Origin: Planctomycetota bacterium | GTDB taxonomy: Bacteria > Planctomycetota > B15-G4 | DNA: 64,000 nucleotides | Direction: 5' to 3' | NCBI GenBank assembly: GCA_038212275.1 | Contig: JBBQUR010000010.1 | Span: 123,432-187,431 of the forward strand | Shown here: positions 50,257-59,537 of the stretch, piece after piece | Position numbering within the stretch: position 1 is the first letter of the stretch | Layout of the letters: every line of letters begins with the position of its first letter | Notes under the pieces: model-generated | The model's database searches: none | What the model was told of the DNA's origin: nothing | The model's input: the letters and a program-made list of their open reading frames with translations, nothing else | Translations under genes and position numbers: made by a program

Positions 50257-51653
50257 GTCGGTGCGTTCCACGACACGCTGAGCGGGCGGCTGAACTGCCG
50301 GTAGCCGTCGGGACTGCCGAGGAAGCCGAAACCGCTCTGCTTCACGCCGCACCAGGGCGGGTCGCCTGCGCCGCCAAGCCCGCGGTTTACGCCGACCTGC
50401 CCGGACTCCAGCCGGCTGGCCAGCGCCACGCCGCGCTCCGTGTCGCCGCACCACACGCTGGCGCCGAGGCCGTAGGGCGACGCGTTGGCGAGGCCGATGG
50501 CCTGCTCGGCATCGTCGACGGCGCGGATGGCCGCGACGGGGCCGAAGGTCTCGCGCTGCATGAGGTCCATGTGCTCGTCGACGTCGGCCACGACGGTGGG
50601 CGGCAGGAAGGCGCCGGGGCCGGGCAGTTCGTGGCCGCCGAGCAGGATGCGCGCGCCGCGGCGACGCGCGTCTTCTACCTGCGCGAGCACCGCCCGGCGC
50701 TGGGCCTCGCTGGCCATCGGCCCCATGAAGGTGTCGGGGTTGCTCGTGTCGCCGACCTTGAGCGCGCCGGCCTTCTCGACGACCAGGCGGGTGAAGCGCT
50801 CCGCGACGGCGCGCTCGACGTAGATGCGCTCCACCGAGCAGCACACCTGCCCGCTGTTGCGCATGGACTCGCGCACGGCGTACTCGGCCGCGCGCTCGAG
50901 ATCCGCATCGGCGCAGACGATCATCGGGTCCTTGCCGCCCAGCTCGAGCACCATGCGCTTCAGCGAGCCGGCGCAGGATTGCATGATGTGCCGGCCTGCC
51001 TCCGAACTGCCCACGAACGCCACCATGTCGATCGGCGCCGCGACGAGCGCCTTGCCGGTGAGGTCGTCGCCCTGCACCATTTCCAGCACGTGGGCGGGCA
51101 GTTCCGCGGCGAAGGTCTCGTGGAGCGCGGCGCCCGTGAGCGGCACGATCTCGGAGGGCTTGAAGACGACCGTGTTGCCCGCCATGAGCGCCGGGATGAG
51201 CAGCTCGCGCGCCATGCCGAGCGGGAAGTTCCACGGGGTGATCGCGGCCACCACGCCCAGCGGCTCACGCGAGAGGCGCGTCATGAGTTTGTCCGTGCGG
51301 GCCTCGACGGGCGCCAGCGCGGCGCAGGCGGACTCGCCGAGCGAGCGGATGCCCCGGGCCATGGCGCCGGCTTCACCCCGCGCCGCCGTGATGGGTTTGC
51401 CCATTTCGGCACTGATCAGGCCGGCGACGCGCTCCACGAGCGCCGGGTCGTCCCAGCGCCGCGCGACACGCTCGAGCACGGCGGCTCGCCCGGGCAGGCC
51501 GAGTCCGGCCCATGGACCCAGCGCCGCGCGCGCCCGGGCCACCGCTCGGGCGACGGCGGCGGCATCGGCGCACGGGACCCGCGCCAGCACGGTGCCGGTG
51601 GCCGGGTTGATGTCCACCAGTTCGCGTACGGTCGCGGTCGCCTCACCGGTCAT
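50253..51653 (-). CDS. Aldehyde dehydrogenase
   Basis: ITPWNFP, KPSE, LELGGKDP, SGQVC and ETFGPV. Confidence 0.95.
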   Translation of the reverse strand: MTGEATATVRELVDINPATGTVLARVPCADAAAVARAVARARAALGPWAGLGLPGRAAVLERVARRWDDPALVERVAGLISAEMGKPITAARGEAGAMARGIRSLGESACAALAPVEARTDKLMTRLSREPLGVVAAITPWNFPLGMARELLIPALMAGNTVVFKPSEIVPLTGAALHETFAAELPAHVLEMVQGDDLTGKALVAAPIDMVAFVGSSEAGRHIMQSCAGSLKRMVLELGGKDPMIVCADADLERAAEYAVRESMRNSGQVCCSVERIYVERAVAERFTRLVVEKAGALKVGDTSNPDTFMGPMASEAQRRAVLAQVEDARRRGARILLGGHELPGPGAFLPPTVVADVDEHMDLMQRETFGPVAAIRAVDDAEQAIGLANASPYGLGASVWCGDTERGVALASRLESGQVGVNRGLGGAGDPPWCGVKQSGFGFLGSPDGYRQFSRPLSVSWNAPT

Positions 51654-51706
51654 GCCCTGTCTCCGGAATAATCCCACGCCTTGGCAAAGCCCGGTATCTT
51701 ACGGAC

Positions 51707-51876
51707 AGGTTGCCTGCGTGGCGATTGCTGGCTCGACTCCCTCGAGTGAGCCCGAAGAATCCTTGGCACTGCCTCTGCTCGATCCGGTTCCTGGGTGGTA
51801 CACGGTGAAGGCGAAGCTGCGGGGGCGATTCTACGGGACTGACCTGAGCGTCGGCGGTGTCCCCCGCGGGCTGCCT
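51707..51876 (+). ncRNA. ssrS: Probable 6S RNA
   Basis: About 170-nt rod: 5' AGGTTGCCTGCG..ATTGCTGGC pairs with 3' GTCGGCGGT..CGCGGGCTGCCT; central bubble; inner stem CCCG-AGAATC / GATTCT-CGGG; TATCTT -10 upstream and T8 downstream. Confidence 0.6.
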
Positions 51877-52001
51877 TTTTTTTATGGGGCATGTGCAGGT
51901 TCGCGGCGCGCTTCTTCACGTGCGCTGCCGCGCCTTCCCGTCCGCCGTGACGTCGATCTCGCCGCGGACCGGGACGCGCGCGACCACGGGGCGCGGGCCA
52001 C

Positions 52002-54899
52002 GTGAGGGCTTCCATGCGCAGCACGCTGCTCGCGACGATGGCCGCGGTCTCGCTGCTCTGCGTGCTGCTGTTTCCGGGCGCGCTGTTTCGCGGCGAGGTG
52101 CTGAGCCAGGCCGACTTCCTGCTCGAACATGAGCCGTGGCGCGCCGTCGCGCCGCCGGGCTTCGTCGCCGGCAACAGCGAGCTGTCGGATCAGGCCGCGC
52201 AGTTCCAGCCCTGGAATCTGTTGCTGCGCGAGCGGCTCGCGAGCGGCGCGCTGCCGCTCTGGAATCCGCTGGCCGGCGGGGGCGAGCCGCTGCTCGCCAA
52301 TCTGCAGAGCGCGCTGCTTTCGCCTTTCACGGCGCTGGGCCTGCTGTTTCCTTTCGGCGCGGGGCTGCTCGTCATGGCGCTCGCGCAACTGCTCTGCGCC
52401 GGGCTCGGCACGGCACTGTTCGCGCGGCGGCTGGGGTGTTCGCTGCCGGCCTGCGTCTTCGCGGCGCTGGCCTTCACCTTCGGCGGCTTCCAGTTCCTCT
52501 GGCTGCAGCATCCGCACGCGGCCGTCTCGTGCCTGCTCCCGTGGTTGCTGCTGTTCGCGGACCTGTGGGTGGAGGCGCCGCGGGCGTGGTTGAGGCCCGT
52601 CTTCGCGCTGGGAGTCGCGGCGCTCATCCTGTGCGGGCATATCGAGACGGCGCTGCACGTGGCGTTGACGGTGGCGGCCTGGGCCGTGCTGGCGAGTGCG
52701 GGCCGACCGCTCGCCGCGCGCGCGCGCCTGCTCGCCGACATCGGACTCTGGTCGCTGCTCGGTGCGGCGCTCGCGGGGCTGCAGCTGCTGCCCTTCGTGG
52801 AGTATCTGCATCTGTCCGAGAGCTATGCGAAGCGCAGCAGCTTCCAGGACATGTGGCGCCGCGTGCCGTGGGAGCACGCGCCGATGATGGCCGGCGCGAC
52901 GGCGCTCGCCGCAGGCGCGGCCTTCGCGTGCCGCCGCGCATTGCGCGGCGTGACACACGCGACGCCAGCGCCGCGCGCGCCGCACGCGCCGCACGCGCCG
53001 CACGCGACACACGCGACACACGCGACACACGCGACACACGCGGCGCACGCCGCGCATGCGGCACCCGCAGCACGTGCGACACGCGCCACGGTGGCGTGCG
53101 CGTGGTTCGCGGTGGCCATCGCGTTGGGCGCGCTGTTGCTGCATGCGCTTGATGCCGCGGGCTTCTCGCCTTTTCACCGGCTGCTCTTCCATCCCGATGC
53201 TTACGGTCACCCGGTGCCGGCACGCGGCCTGCCCTTCGAGGGGCCGCGCTCCTACGTGAACATCAACAACGGCTATGCGGGCCTGCTCACGCTGCTGCTG
53301 GCGCTTTTCGCGGTGGTGTGCGGGCCGCGCGGCGACGACGGTCGGCGCCGTCCGCGCGGTGCAGGCACGCTGGCCTGGTTGTGGTTGCTCTCGTTCCTGA
53401 TCGCCTACGAGTTGCCGGTGGTGAGCCAGCTGGTCAATCGCCTGCCGCTGCTGAACCTTGCGCTCAACTATCGCTTCACGCTCGTGGTCGGCTTCTGCGG
53501 CGCGCTGCTCGCGGCGATCGGACTCGATGCGCTGTGCCGGCCGGCGACACGGGGGCGGCCCGCCGCGGCGTTCTGGCTCCTGGGCGGCGTGCTCGTCGGC
53601 GCCCTGGCGCTGGCGCCCGATGTCGCAGGCGCCCGCAGCCCCGAGCCGCGCTGGTGGGCGTTGGGGGGCGGGGCGCTGCTGATCATGCTGTGGGGTTCGC
53701 TGCGCGGCTCGAGTTCCGGACCGGCTGCGGGCTCGCGACGGGTGTTGCTGCCGCTGGCCGCCCTCGCGCTGCTGGGCACGGACATGTTCCTGTTTGCGCG
53801 CGGCGTGCACCCGAGCGCGCCGGCCAGCCGGATCTTTCCGCCGACGCCGGTCACCGACTTCCTCGCGAGCCAGCCCGACGGCGGCCGGCTCTGGGCCGTG
53901 CGCCGCGACACGCTGCTGCCGAACACCGCCGGCGTCTACGGACTGTCCGACCTGCGCGAATACGATGCCCTCGGCGTGGAGCGCATGGCGTGGTTGCGCG
54001 AGGCGCTGCGGCCCGCGCCCGATGCTTCCGGCGCGCGCGGCGATGGCCTGGACACGGGCAGCGCGCTCTTCGATGTGCTCGACGTGCGTTTCGTCCTGAC
54101 GCCCTCCGACTGGGCGCCGCCGCGCGGCAGCGATCTGAAGCAGGTCTTCGCTTCCGGCGACTGCCTGGTCTGGCGCAACGGGCGCGCGCACGGCCGGGCT
54201 TTCGTGGCCGGCTCGGCCAGCTCCATCGAGGCCTACCTGCAGGCGAGCCAGGCGCCGGGCGCGGCCGTGCATCCGTCACTGGCGGAACTGCCGGCGGAGG
54301 CGGCCTTGCGCCAGCGCACGCTCGGCATCGCCACGGCCATCGGCTCGGCGTATCGCGCGCCGGCCGTCGCGGGGCGCGAGTTGCTCATCGAGGGCGATGC
54401 GCCGCTCGCCCAGCTTGCCGGGGCGCATGCCGCGCCACCGGGCGGCGCGGCGCCGTCGCCTGCGGGCACGGTGGCCTGGCTCAAGGATGAGCCGGAGCAC
54501 CAGGAGCTGGACGTCACCGCGATCGCGCCGGGCTGGTTGTGTGTCGCCGACACCTTCTATCCAGGCTGGACGGCCAGCGTGAACGGCGCGCCGGCCACCA
54601 TCGTGCCGGCCTTCCTCGCGTTGCGCGCCGTGCGCGTGCCGGCCGGCAGCAGTCGCGTCGAGTTCCGCTACGAGCCGCGCAGCGTGTGGTTCGGGTGGTG
54701 GTTGTCGGCCGGCGCGGCGGCGTGCGTGCTGGGCGGCGCGCTCGTGGCGCTGCGGAGCTGGGCGAGGGCACGAGCGTCCCGTGGCCGAGGCTCCCGCGGT
54801 GTGGCAGAGTCTGCGCTCGAGCAAGGCGTGCCGCGCGCGGCGTCCGGGGCAGGGGCGCCGTCCGCAGCGTGCGCAACCTCCGAGCAGGGAATGGCATGA
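52002..54899 (+). CDS. YfhO family (GT-C-like) membrane protein
   Basis: LPLWNP..GG.PL.AN.Q, multiple TM segments and C-terminal DTFYPGW.A.VNG...F.Y.P. Confidence 0.88.
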   Translation: MRASMRSTLLATMAAVSLLCVLLFPGALFRGEVLSQADFLLEHEPWRAVAPPGFVAGNSELSDQAAQFQPWNLLLRERLASGALPLWNPLAGGGEPLLANLQSALLSPFTALGLLFPFGAGLLVMALAQLLCAGLGTALFARRLGCSLPACVFAALAFTFGGFQFLWLQHPHAAVSCLLPWLLLFADLWVEAPRAWLRPVFALGVAALILCGHIETALHVALTVAAWAVLASAGRPLAARARLLADIGLWSLLGAALAGLQLLPFVEYLHLSESYAKRSSFQDMWRRVPWEHAPMMAGATALAAGAAFACRRALRGVTHATPAPRAPHAPHAPHATHATHATHATHAAHAAHAAPAARATRATVACAWFAVAIALGALLLHALDAAGFSPFHRLLFHPDAYGHPVPARGLPFEGPRSYVNINNGYAGLLTLLLALFAVVCGPRGDDGRRRPRGAGTLAWLWLLSFLIAYELPVVSQLVNRLPLLNLALNYRFTLVVGFCGALLAAIGLDALCRPATRGRPAAAFWLLGGVLVGALALAPDVAGARSPEPRWWALGGGALLIMLWGSLRGSSSGPAAGSRRVLLPLAALALLGTDMFLFARGVHPSAPASRIFPPTPVTDFLASQPDGGRLWAVRRDTLLPNTAGVYGLSDLREYDALGVERMAWLREALRPAPDASGARGDGLDTGSALFDVLDVRFVLTPSDWAPPRGSDLKQVFASGDCLVWRNGRAHGRAFVAGSASSIEAYLQASQAPGAAVHPSLAELPAEAALRQRTLGIATAIGSAYRAPAVAGRELLIEGDAPLAQLAGAHAAPPGGAAPSPAGTVAWLKDEPEHQELDVTAIAPGWLCVADTFYPGWTASVNGAPATIVPAFLALRAVRVPAGSSRVEFRYEPRSVWFGWWLSAGAAACVLGGALVALRSWARARASRGRGSRGVAESALEQGVPRAASGAGAPSAACATSEQGMA

Positions 54900-55249
54900 A
54901 GAACCGGCCGCTTCACCAACGCATGGGCTTCGCGCTGTCGGGGCTGCGCACCGCGCTCGCGACGGAGCATTCCGTGCGCACCGAGGCCGCCGCGCTCGTC
55001 GCGTGGATCGGTGTGCTGTGCTGGCTGCAGCCCGCGCCCGTGTGGTGGGCGCTCTCCATCCTCTCGATGGTCGTCATCATCGCGGTGGAGCTGCTCAACT
55101 CGGCGCTCGAAGCGGCCGTGGATCGGCTGCATCCCGAGCTGCACCCGGCCATTGGCGCGGCCAAGGACATGGCGGCCGGCGCCGTGTTCCTGACGGTGCT
55201 CGCCGGCCTCGTGGTCGGCGCGCTCACGCTGTGGAGCGTGCTGGGCTGA
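54896..55249 (+). CDS. dgkA: Diacylglycerol/undecaprenol kinase
   Basis: VELLNSALEAAVD and AKDMAAGAV; ATGA overlap. Confidence 0.92.
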   Translation: MKNRPLHQRMGFALSGLRTALATEHSVRTEAAALVAWIGVLCWLQPAPVWWALSILSMVVIIAVELLNSALEAAVDRLHPELHPAIGAAKDMAAGAVFLTVLAGLVVGALTLWSVLG

Positions 55250-55327
55250 GGACACGCGCCGCGCGGGACCGGTGCGGGAGCGACCGGCGTCGGCGCGCGT
55301 GTCGGGCTCGGCCGGGCCGGCCGCTGC

Positions 55328-56239
55328 TCACTCCACGCTGATGCTGGCCTTCTCGATGACCAGCGACTCCGAGGGCGGCGCCGGGTCGGAGTTCTTGCCC
55401 ACGGCCTCGATCTTTTCGAGCGTGTCGAGGCCGCTGACGATCTCGCCGTAGATCGAGTAGCCGCCGTCGAGGCCTGCGTTGGCCTTGAACATGATGAAGT
55501 ACTGGCTGCCGTCCGTGTTCGGGCCGGAGTTGGCCGTGGAGAGCACGCCGCGCTTGTCATGCTTCAGCTTCGGGCTGAGCTCGAGGTTGATCTTGTAGCC
55601 CGGGTTGCCCGTGCCGTTGCCCAGCGGGCAGCCGCCCTGCGCCATGAAGTTCTTGATGACGCGGTGCATCGTCGTGCCGTCGTAGAAGCCGAGGCGCGTG
55701 AGGTAGATGCAGTTGGTGACGTGCATCGGCGCGTACTCGGGCAGCAGCTTGAAGCGCATGTCGCCCTTGTTCGTCTTGAGGTCCCAGAAGTAGGTCTTGC
55801 CCTTGTCGAAGCTGGCGAGTTCCGGCTTGGGCAGCGACGACTTCCAGCCCTTCCCGGACTTGTCGATGTTCTTCGAGGCGATGAAGGCATCCACCTGTGC
55901 GACGGCGTCGCCGGAAGCCGCGACGGCGTTGCCGGAAGGCGACGCGGCAGCTGGCGCATCCGACTTGGCGGCGGTCGCAGCCGGCGCGTCGGGCTTGGCC
56001 GGAGCTGCCGGCGTGGTCGGCGCTGCCGGCGCGGTCTGCTTGGCCACTTCCGCGTCCGGCTTCGCCGAAGCGGCGGCGGCGGCCGCTGCGGGCGCGGCGT
56101 GCGACTCCACGGCCTTCACCGGCGCCTTGGCGGCGGGCTCGGAGCTGTCGCATGCGGCCAGCGCCAGTCCGAGGGACAGCGAGGCGGCGAAACGAGCGGT
56201 GATGCGGAGGCTGCGGGACGTGGACGTGGTGATCTGCAT
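55328..56239 (-). CDS. Cyclophilin-type peptidyl-prolyl isomerase, lipoprotein
   Basis: LAAC lipobox, Ala/Pro linker, GFYDG..HRVI.NFMAQGG and GSQYFI. Confidence 0.92.
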   Translation of the reverse strand: MQITTSTSRSLRITARFAASLSLGLALAACDSSEPAAKAPVKAVESHAAPAAAAAAASAKPDAEVAKQTAPAAPTTPAAPAKPDAPAATAAKSDAPAAASPSGNAVAASGDAVAQVDAFIASKNIDKSGKGWKSSLPKPELASFDKGKTYFWDLKTNKGDMRFKLLPEYAPMHVTNCIYLTRLGFYDGTTMHRVIKNFMAQGGCPLGNGTGNPGYKINLELSPKLKHDKRGVLSTANSGPNTDGSQYFIMFKANAGLDGGYSIYGEIVSGLDTLEKIEAVGKNSDPAPPSESLVIEKASISVE

Positions 56240-56276
56240 GTGAGTCTTCCGGAAACGGCGAGGCGTGGGTTGCGGT

Positions 56277-56888
56277 TCAGTCGACGACGATGGTCGCCTT
56301 GTCGATGCTCAGCTTCGCCTTCGTGGCGCCGCTGTCGGAGCCGAGGCTCTCCAGCTTCTTGAGCGTGTCGTGGCCGGAGACGACCTCGCCGAAGACGGTG
56401 TGCTTGCCGTCGAGGAAGGTCGTGGGCACGAAGGTGAGGAAGAACTGGCTGCCGTCGGTGTTCGGGCCAGCGTTCGCCATCGACAGCATGCCGGGCTTGT
56501 CGTGCTTCGCCTTGCCGCTGAACTCGCCGGCGTATTTGTAGCCGGGGCCGTCGCGGCCGGTGCCGCTGGGGCAGCCGCCCTGCGCCATGAAGCCCGGGAT
56601 CACGCGGTGAAAGCTGAGCCCGTCGTAGAAGCCGAGGCGCGTGAGGAAGATCGTGCTCGCGACGTGCATCGGCGACGCATCCGCCAGCAGCTTGACGCGG
56701 ATCTCGCCCTGGTTCGTCGCCAGCACCCAGGTGTAGGTCTTGCCCGCGGTGAAGGCCGGCTGCGGCGGCTTGGAGAGCGACGTGCGCCAGCCGCTCTTCG
56801 ACGTGTCCACCTTCGACTGCGTGATGAAGGCATCGAGCGCCGCGACGGCGGGATCGTTGGCGGGAACGGGCGGGGTGGCGATGGACAT
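56277..56888 (-). CDS. Cyclophilin-type peptidyl-prolyl isomerase, cytoplasmic
   Basis: FHRVIPGFMAQGG, SMANAGPNTDGSQFF and LDGKHTVFGEV. Confidence 0.95.
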   Translation of the reverse strand: MSIATPPVPANDPAVAALDAFITQSKVDTSKSGWRTSLSKPPQPAFTAGKTYTWVLATNQGEIRVKLLADASPMHVASTIFLTRLGFYDGLSFHRVIPGFMAQGGCPSGTGRDGPGYKYAGEFSGKAKHDKPGMLSMANAGPNTDGSQFFLTFVPTTFLDGKHTVFGEVVSGHDTLKKLESLGSDSGATKAKLSIDKATIVVD

Positions 56889-57024
56889 GAGCGTCTCTCC
56901 TGGGAAGGAACACGCGACGATACCCGCTCGGCGCGGCGCACTTCCAGCGGCCGCGCTTGAGCGGCCGAGCCGTGCGGCCGCATGATGGGCGGCGCGCGCG
57001 CCACGTCGCGCCCGGAGTCCCGTC

Positions 57025-57852
57025 ATGAGCGAGAAGAAGGAAACCACCGGATACCTGCACGGTTTCACGCCGGAGGAGCAGGATCGGCTGCGGAGGCAGG
57101 CGCGCTTCCTCTCGTACAAGGTGCACGACCAGCTCCCGTTCCGGCGCGCGCGGCAGTTGCTCGAAGTGGGTTGCGGCGTCGGCGCCCAGACGGAAATCCT
57201 GCTGCGCCACTTTCCCGAGATGCACGTCACGGGCATCGACGCCTCGGACGCGAATCTCGGCGCGGCGCGTACGCACCTCGGCCAGCTCGGCTGGGCCGAC
57301 GGCCACTACGAGCTGCTCAAGATGGACGCGACGCGGCTGCAGTTCGGCGCGGATCGCTTCGACGCGGCCTTCCTGTGCTGGGTGCTCGAGCACGTCGGCA
57401 ACCCGATGCAGGTGCTCTCCGAGGTGCGGCGCGTGCTGCGCCCCGGTTCATCCATCGTGGTGACGGAGGTCCAGAACGCGACCTTCTTCATCGACCCCTA
57501 CAGCCCGAACACGCTGGCCTACTGGCGCGCCTTCAACGACTACCAGATTGACATGGGCGGCGACCCCTTCGTCGGCGCGAAGCTGGGCAACCTGCTGCTC
57601 ACGACGGGCTACCGCGACATCACCACCAAGGTGCGCACCTTTCACCTCGACAACCGGCACGGCGGCGAACGCGCGGAGTTCCTCGCCTACTGGACCGAGC
57701 TGCTGCTCTCCGGCTGCGACGGTCTCATGGCTGCGGGCCGCGTGAGTTCCGAGACGGTGGAAGGCATGAAGGAAGAGCTGCGCGAGGTCGCGCACAATCC
57801 CAACGCGGTCTTCTTCTATTCCTTCGTGCAGGCCCGCGCGAAGACGGGGTGA
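57025..57852 (+). CDS. Class I SAM-dependent methyltransferase
   Basis: LEVGCGVG, WVLEHV and RVLRPG. Confidence 0.92.
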   Translation: MSEKKETTGYLHGFTPEEQDRLRRQARFLSYKVHDQLPFRRARQLLEVGCGVGAQTEILLRHFPEMHVTGIDASDANLGAARTHLGQLGWADGHYELLKMDATRLQFGADRFDAAFLCWVLEHVGNPMQVLSEVRRVLRPGSSIVVTEVQNATFFIDPYSPNTLAYWRAFNDYQIDMGGDPFVGAKLGNLLLTTGYRDITTKVRTFHLDNRHGGERAEFLAYWTELLLSGCDGLMAAGRVSSETVEGMKEELREVAHNPNAVFFYSFVQARAKTG

Positions 57853-57903
57853 GCCTGGCCGCGATGTGGATGTTGTCGGAATTCGTCGCTAGGATCGCCA
57901 TCG

Positions 57904-58740
57904 ATGCTTGAGTTCAAGATCGAGGCGACGCTGGATCCCGGCTCGATGTCGGCAATGCTCCAGAAGTGGGCAGCGGTTGCCGACGAGCGCGACGTGTTGT
58001 TCGTGTTGCCGGAGCAGCCCATGCATGCCTCGGCGCTCGTGCTTCTCGGAGCGATGGCGGCCGGGCGTCTGCGACGCGGGTTGCGGAACCGCATCAGCGA
58101 TGTCGCGGACGAAAAGGTGGGCGTGAATCCCATGGCCTGGTTCCTGCTCAGTTTCGGCACCGGAATGACGCATGGTCGGCAGTCAGGTGAAGCCGTCGAA
58201 CGACTTCAGCCGATCTCGAGTTTGCGTGCGGCAAGGGAGCTGGCTGACAAGACCGCTGACGCCATGACGGCCATTGCACCGTCGCTCTCGCCGAGCATCG
58301 TGCGCATGGCGCGCTTCGTTTTCGAGGAGCTGGGCGCCAATGTCGTGCAGCACTCGGGCAGCCCGGAGACCGGATACGGATACGCCAGGATCGACCCCGC
58401 GCGCCGACGATTCGAACTGGCGTTCGCCGATGCCGGCATCGGTTTCCGTGCCAGTCTTCAGCGCAACCCCGAACTCGAAGGGCGTGTCTCCGACGACGCC
58501 GAGGCCTTGCAACTCGCGTTGACCCCGCGCATCACGGGAACCTCGGCGCCGCGCACGAACATGGGCATCGGTCTGAAGCTGCTCACCGAGTTCTCCGACC
58601 TGCTCGGCGGCGAGCTGTGGCTTGCGTCGGGCTCCGCGATGCTGCATCGCAGGACGGCGGCCGGTCAGCGCATCAACTCGATGCGCTCGATCCCGCCGTG
58701 GCAGGGGAGCTGCGTCTGCCTCGAGGCAGCCGTGGTCTGA
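57904..58740 (+). CDS. Stand-alone HATPase_c (GHKL) ATP-binding protein
   Basis: ELGANVVQHS, DAGIG and NMGIGL motifs; no HisKA domain. Confidence 0.8.
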   Translation: MLEFKIEATLDPGSMSAMLQKWAAVADERDVLFVLPEQPMHASALVLLGAMAAGRLRRGLRNRISDVADEKVGVNPMAWFLLSFGTGMTHGRQSGEAVERLQPISSLRAARELADKTADAMTAIAPSLSPSIVRMARFVFEELGANVVQHSGSPETGYGYARIDPARRRFELAFADAGIGFRASLQRNPELEGRVSDDAEALQLALTPRITGTSAPRTNMGIGLKLLTEFSDLLGGELWLASGSAMLHRRTAAGQRINSMRSIPPWQGSCVCLEAAVV

Positions 58741-58768
58741 AAGCGCGCGACGGCGAACGGCCGGCGCC

Positions 58769-59029
58769 TCAGGTCAGCGTGGCGAGCAGCTTCGCGAGGG
58801 CGCCGAGGTCGCGCTCGTCCACGATGGTCTTCGTCTGGTGGGCGTGGACGCCGGCGAGCAGGAGCTGCTTGTGCACCGTCTTCCAGGCGCGGTCGATCTT
58901 TGCCTCGGACGTGGCCAGGTAGAGGTCGGAGACGAGCTCGCCCAGGCGCTGGATCGCGAGCGTGTCGCGATGCTCGTAGAAGCGCTTGATGATGCCCTGC
59001 TGATGCTTGCTGAAGTCTTCCTTGACCAT
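58769..59029 (-). CDS. Conserved hypothetical protein (86 aa)
   Basis: AAGGA RBS; QQGIIKRFYE.RD....RLGELVSDLYLA. Confidence 0.75.
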   Translation of the reverse strand: MVKEDFSKHQQGIIKRFYEHRDTLAIQRLGELVSDLYLATSEAKIDRAWKTVHKQLLLAGVHAHQTKTIVDERDLGALAKLLATLT

Positions 59030-59067
59030 GGTGCGCGCTTCCTTTCGGCCTCACGTCGGTGAGGGAG

Positions 59068-59472
59068 TCAGAGCGACCGCGAGCCGCGGGCGCCGGTTCC
59101 GTGATCGTCGTCGCCCGCCTCGTCCGTTGCGAGAGAGCCTCCGAGCGCGACGATGGCCTCGTCGTCGCTCTCCACCATGACGAAGAGGTGCTCGAGGTGC
59201 AGCGACTCGACGGCCTCACGCACCGTCGTGCCTGGGTTGCTCACGAGCATGTTGCCGTCCGAGGCGAGGCACTGCTTGCGCACCTTGAGCATCGCGCCGA
59301 GCGCCGTGCTGCTGATGAACTTCACGAAGCGCATGTTCAGCACGAGGCGGTGCATGCCGCTGCCGTGAATCGCCTCGACCTCCTGCATGAAGGCGGCGGT
59401 CACGAAGGAATCGAAGTCGCCCCGGAGGGTGAGCACCACGACTCCCGATCGTTCCTGCTTGTGGACCTTCAT
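59068..59472 (-). CDS. STAS domain anti-sigma-factor antagonist
   Basis: VLTLRGDFD, LVLNMRFVKFISSTALG (phosphoacceptor Ser region); ATG at 59472. Confidence 0.88.
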   Translation of the reverse strand: MKVHKQERSGVVVLTLRGDFDSFVTAAFMQEVEAIHGSGMHRLVLNMRFVKFISSTALGAMLKVRKQCLASDGNMLVSNPGTTVREAVESLHLEHLFVMVESDDEAIVALGGSLATDEAGDDDHGTGARGSRSL

Positions 59473-59537
59473 GCGCTGGCGCTCACGATAGAGAAGGCTC
59501 GGGCTCCGCGGCGAATCGCGTGGCCGCTGCCGTGGAT

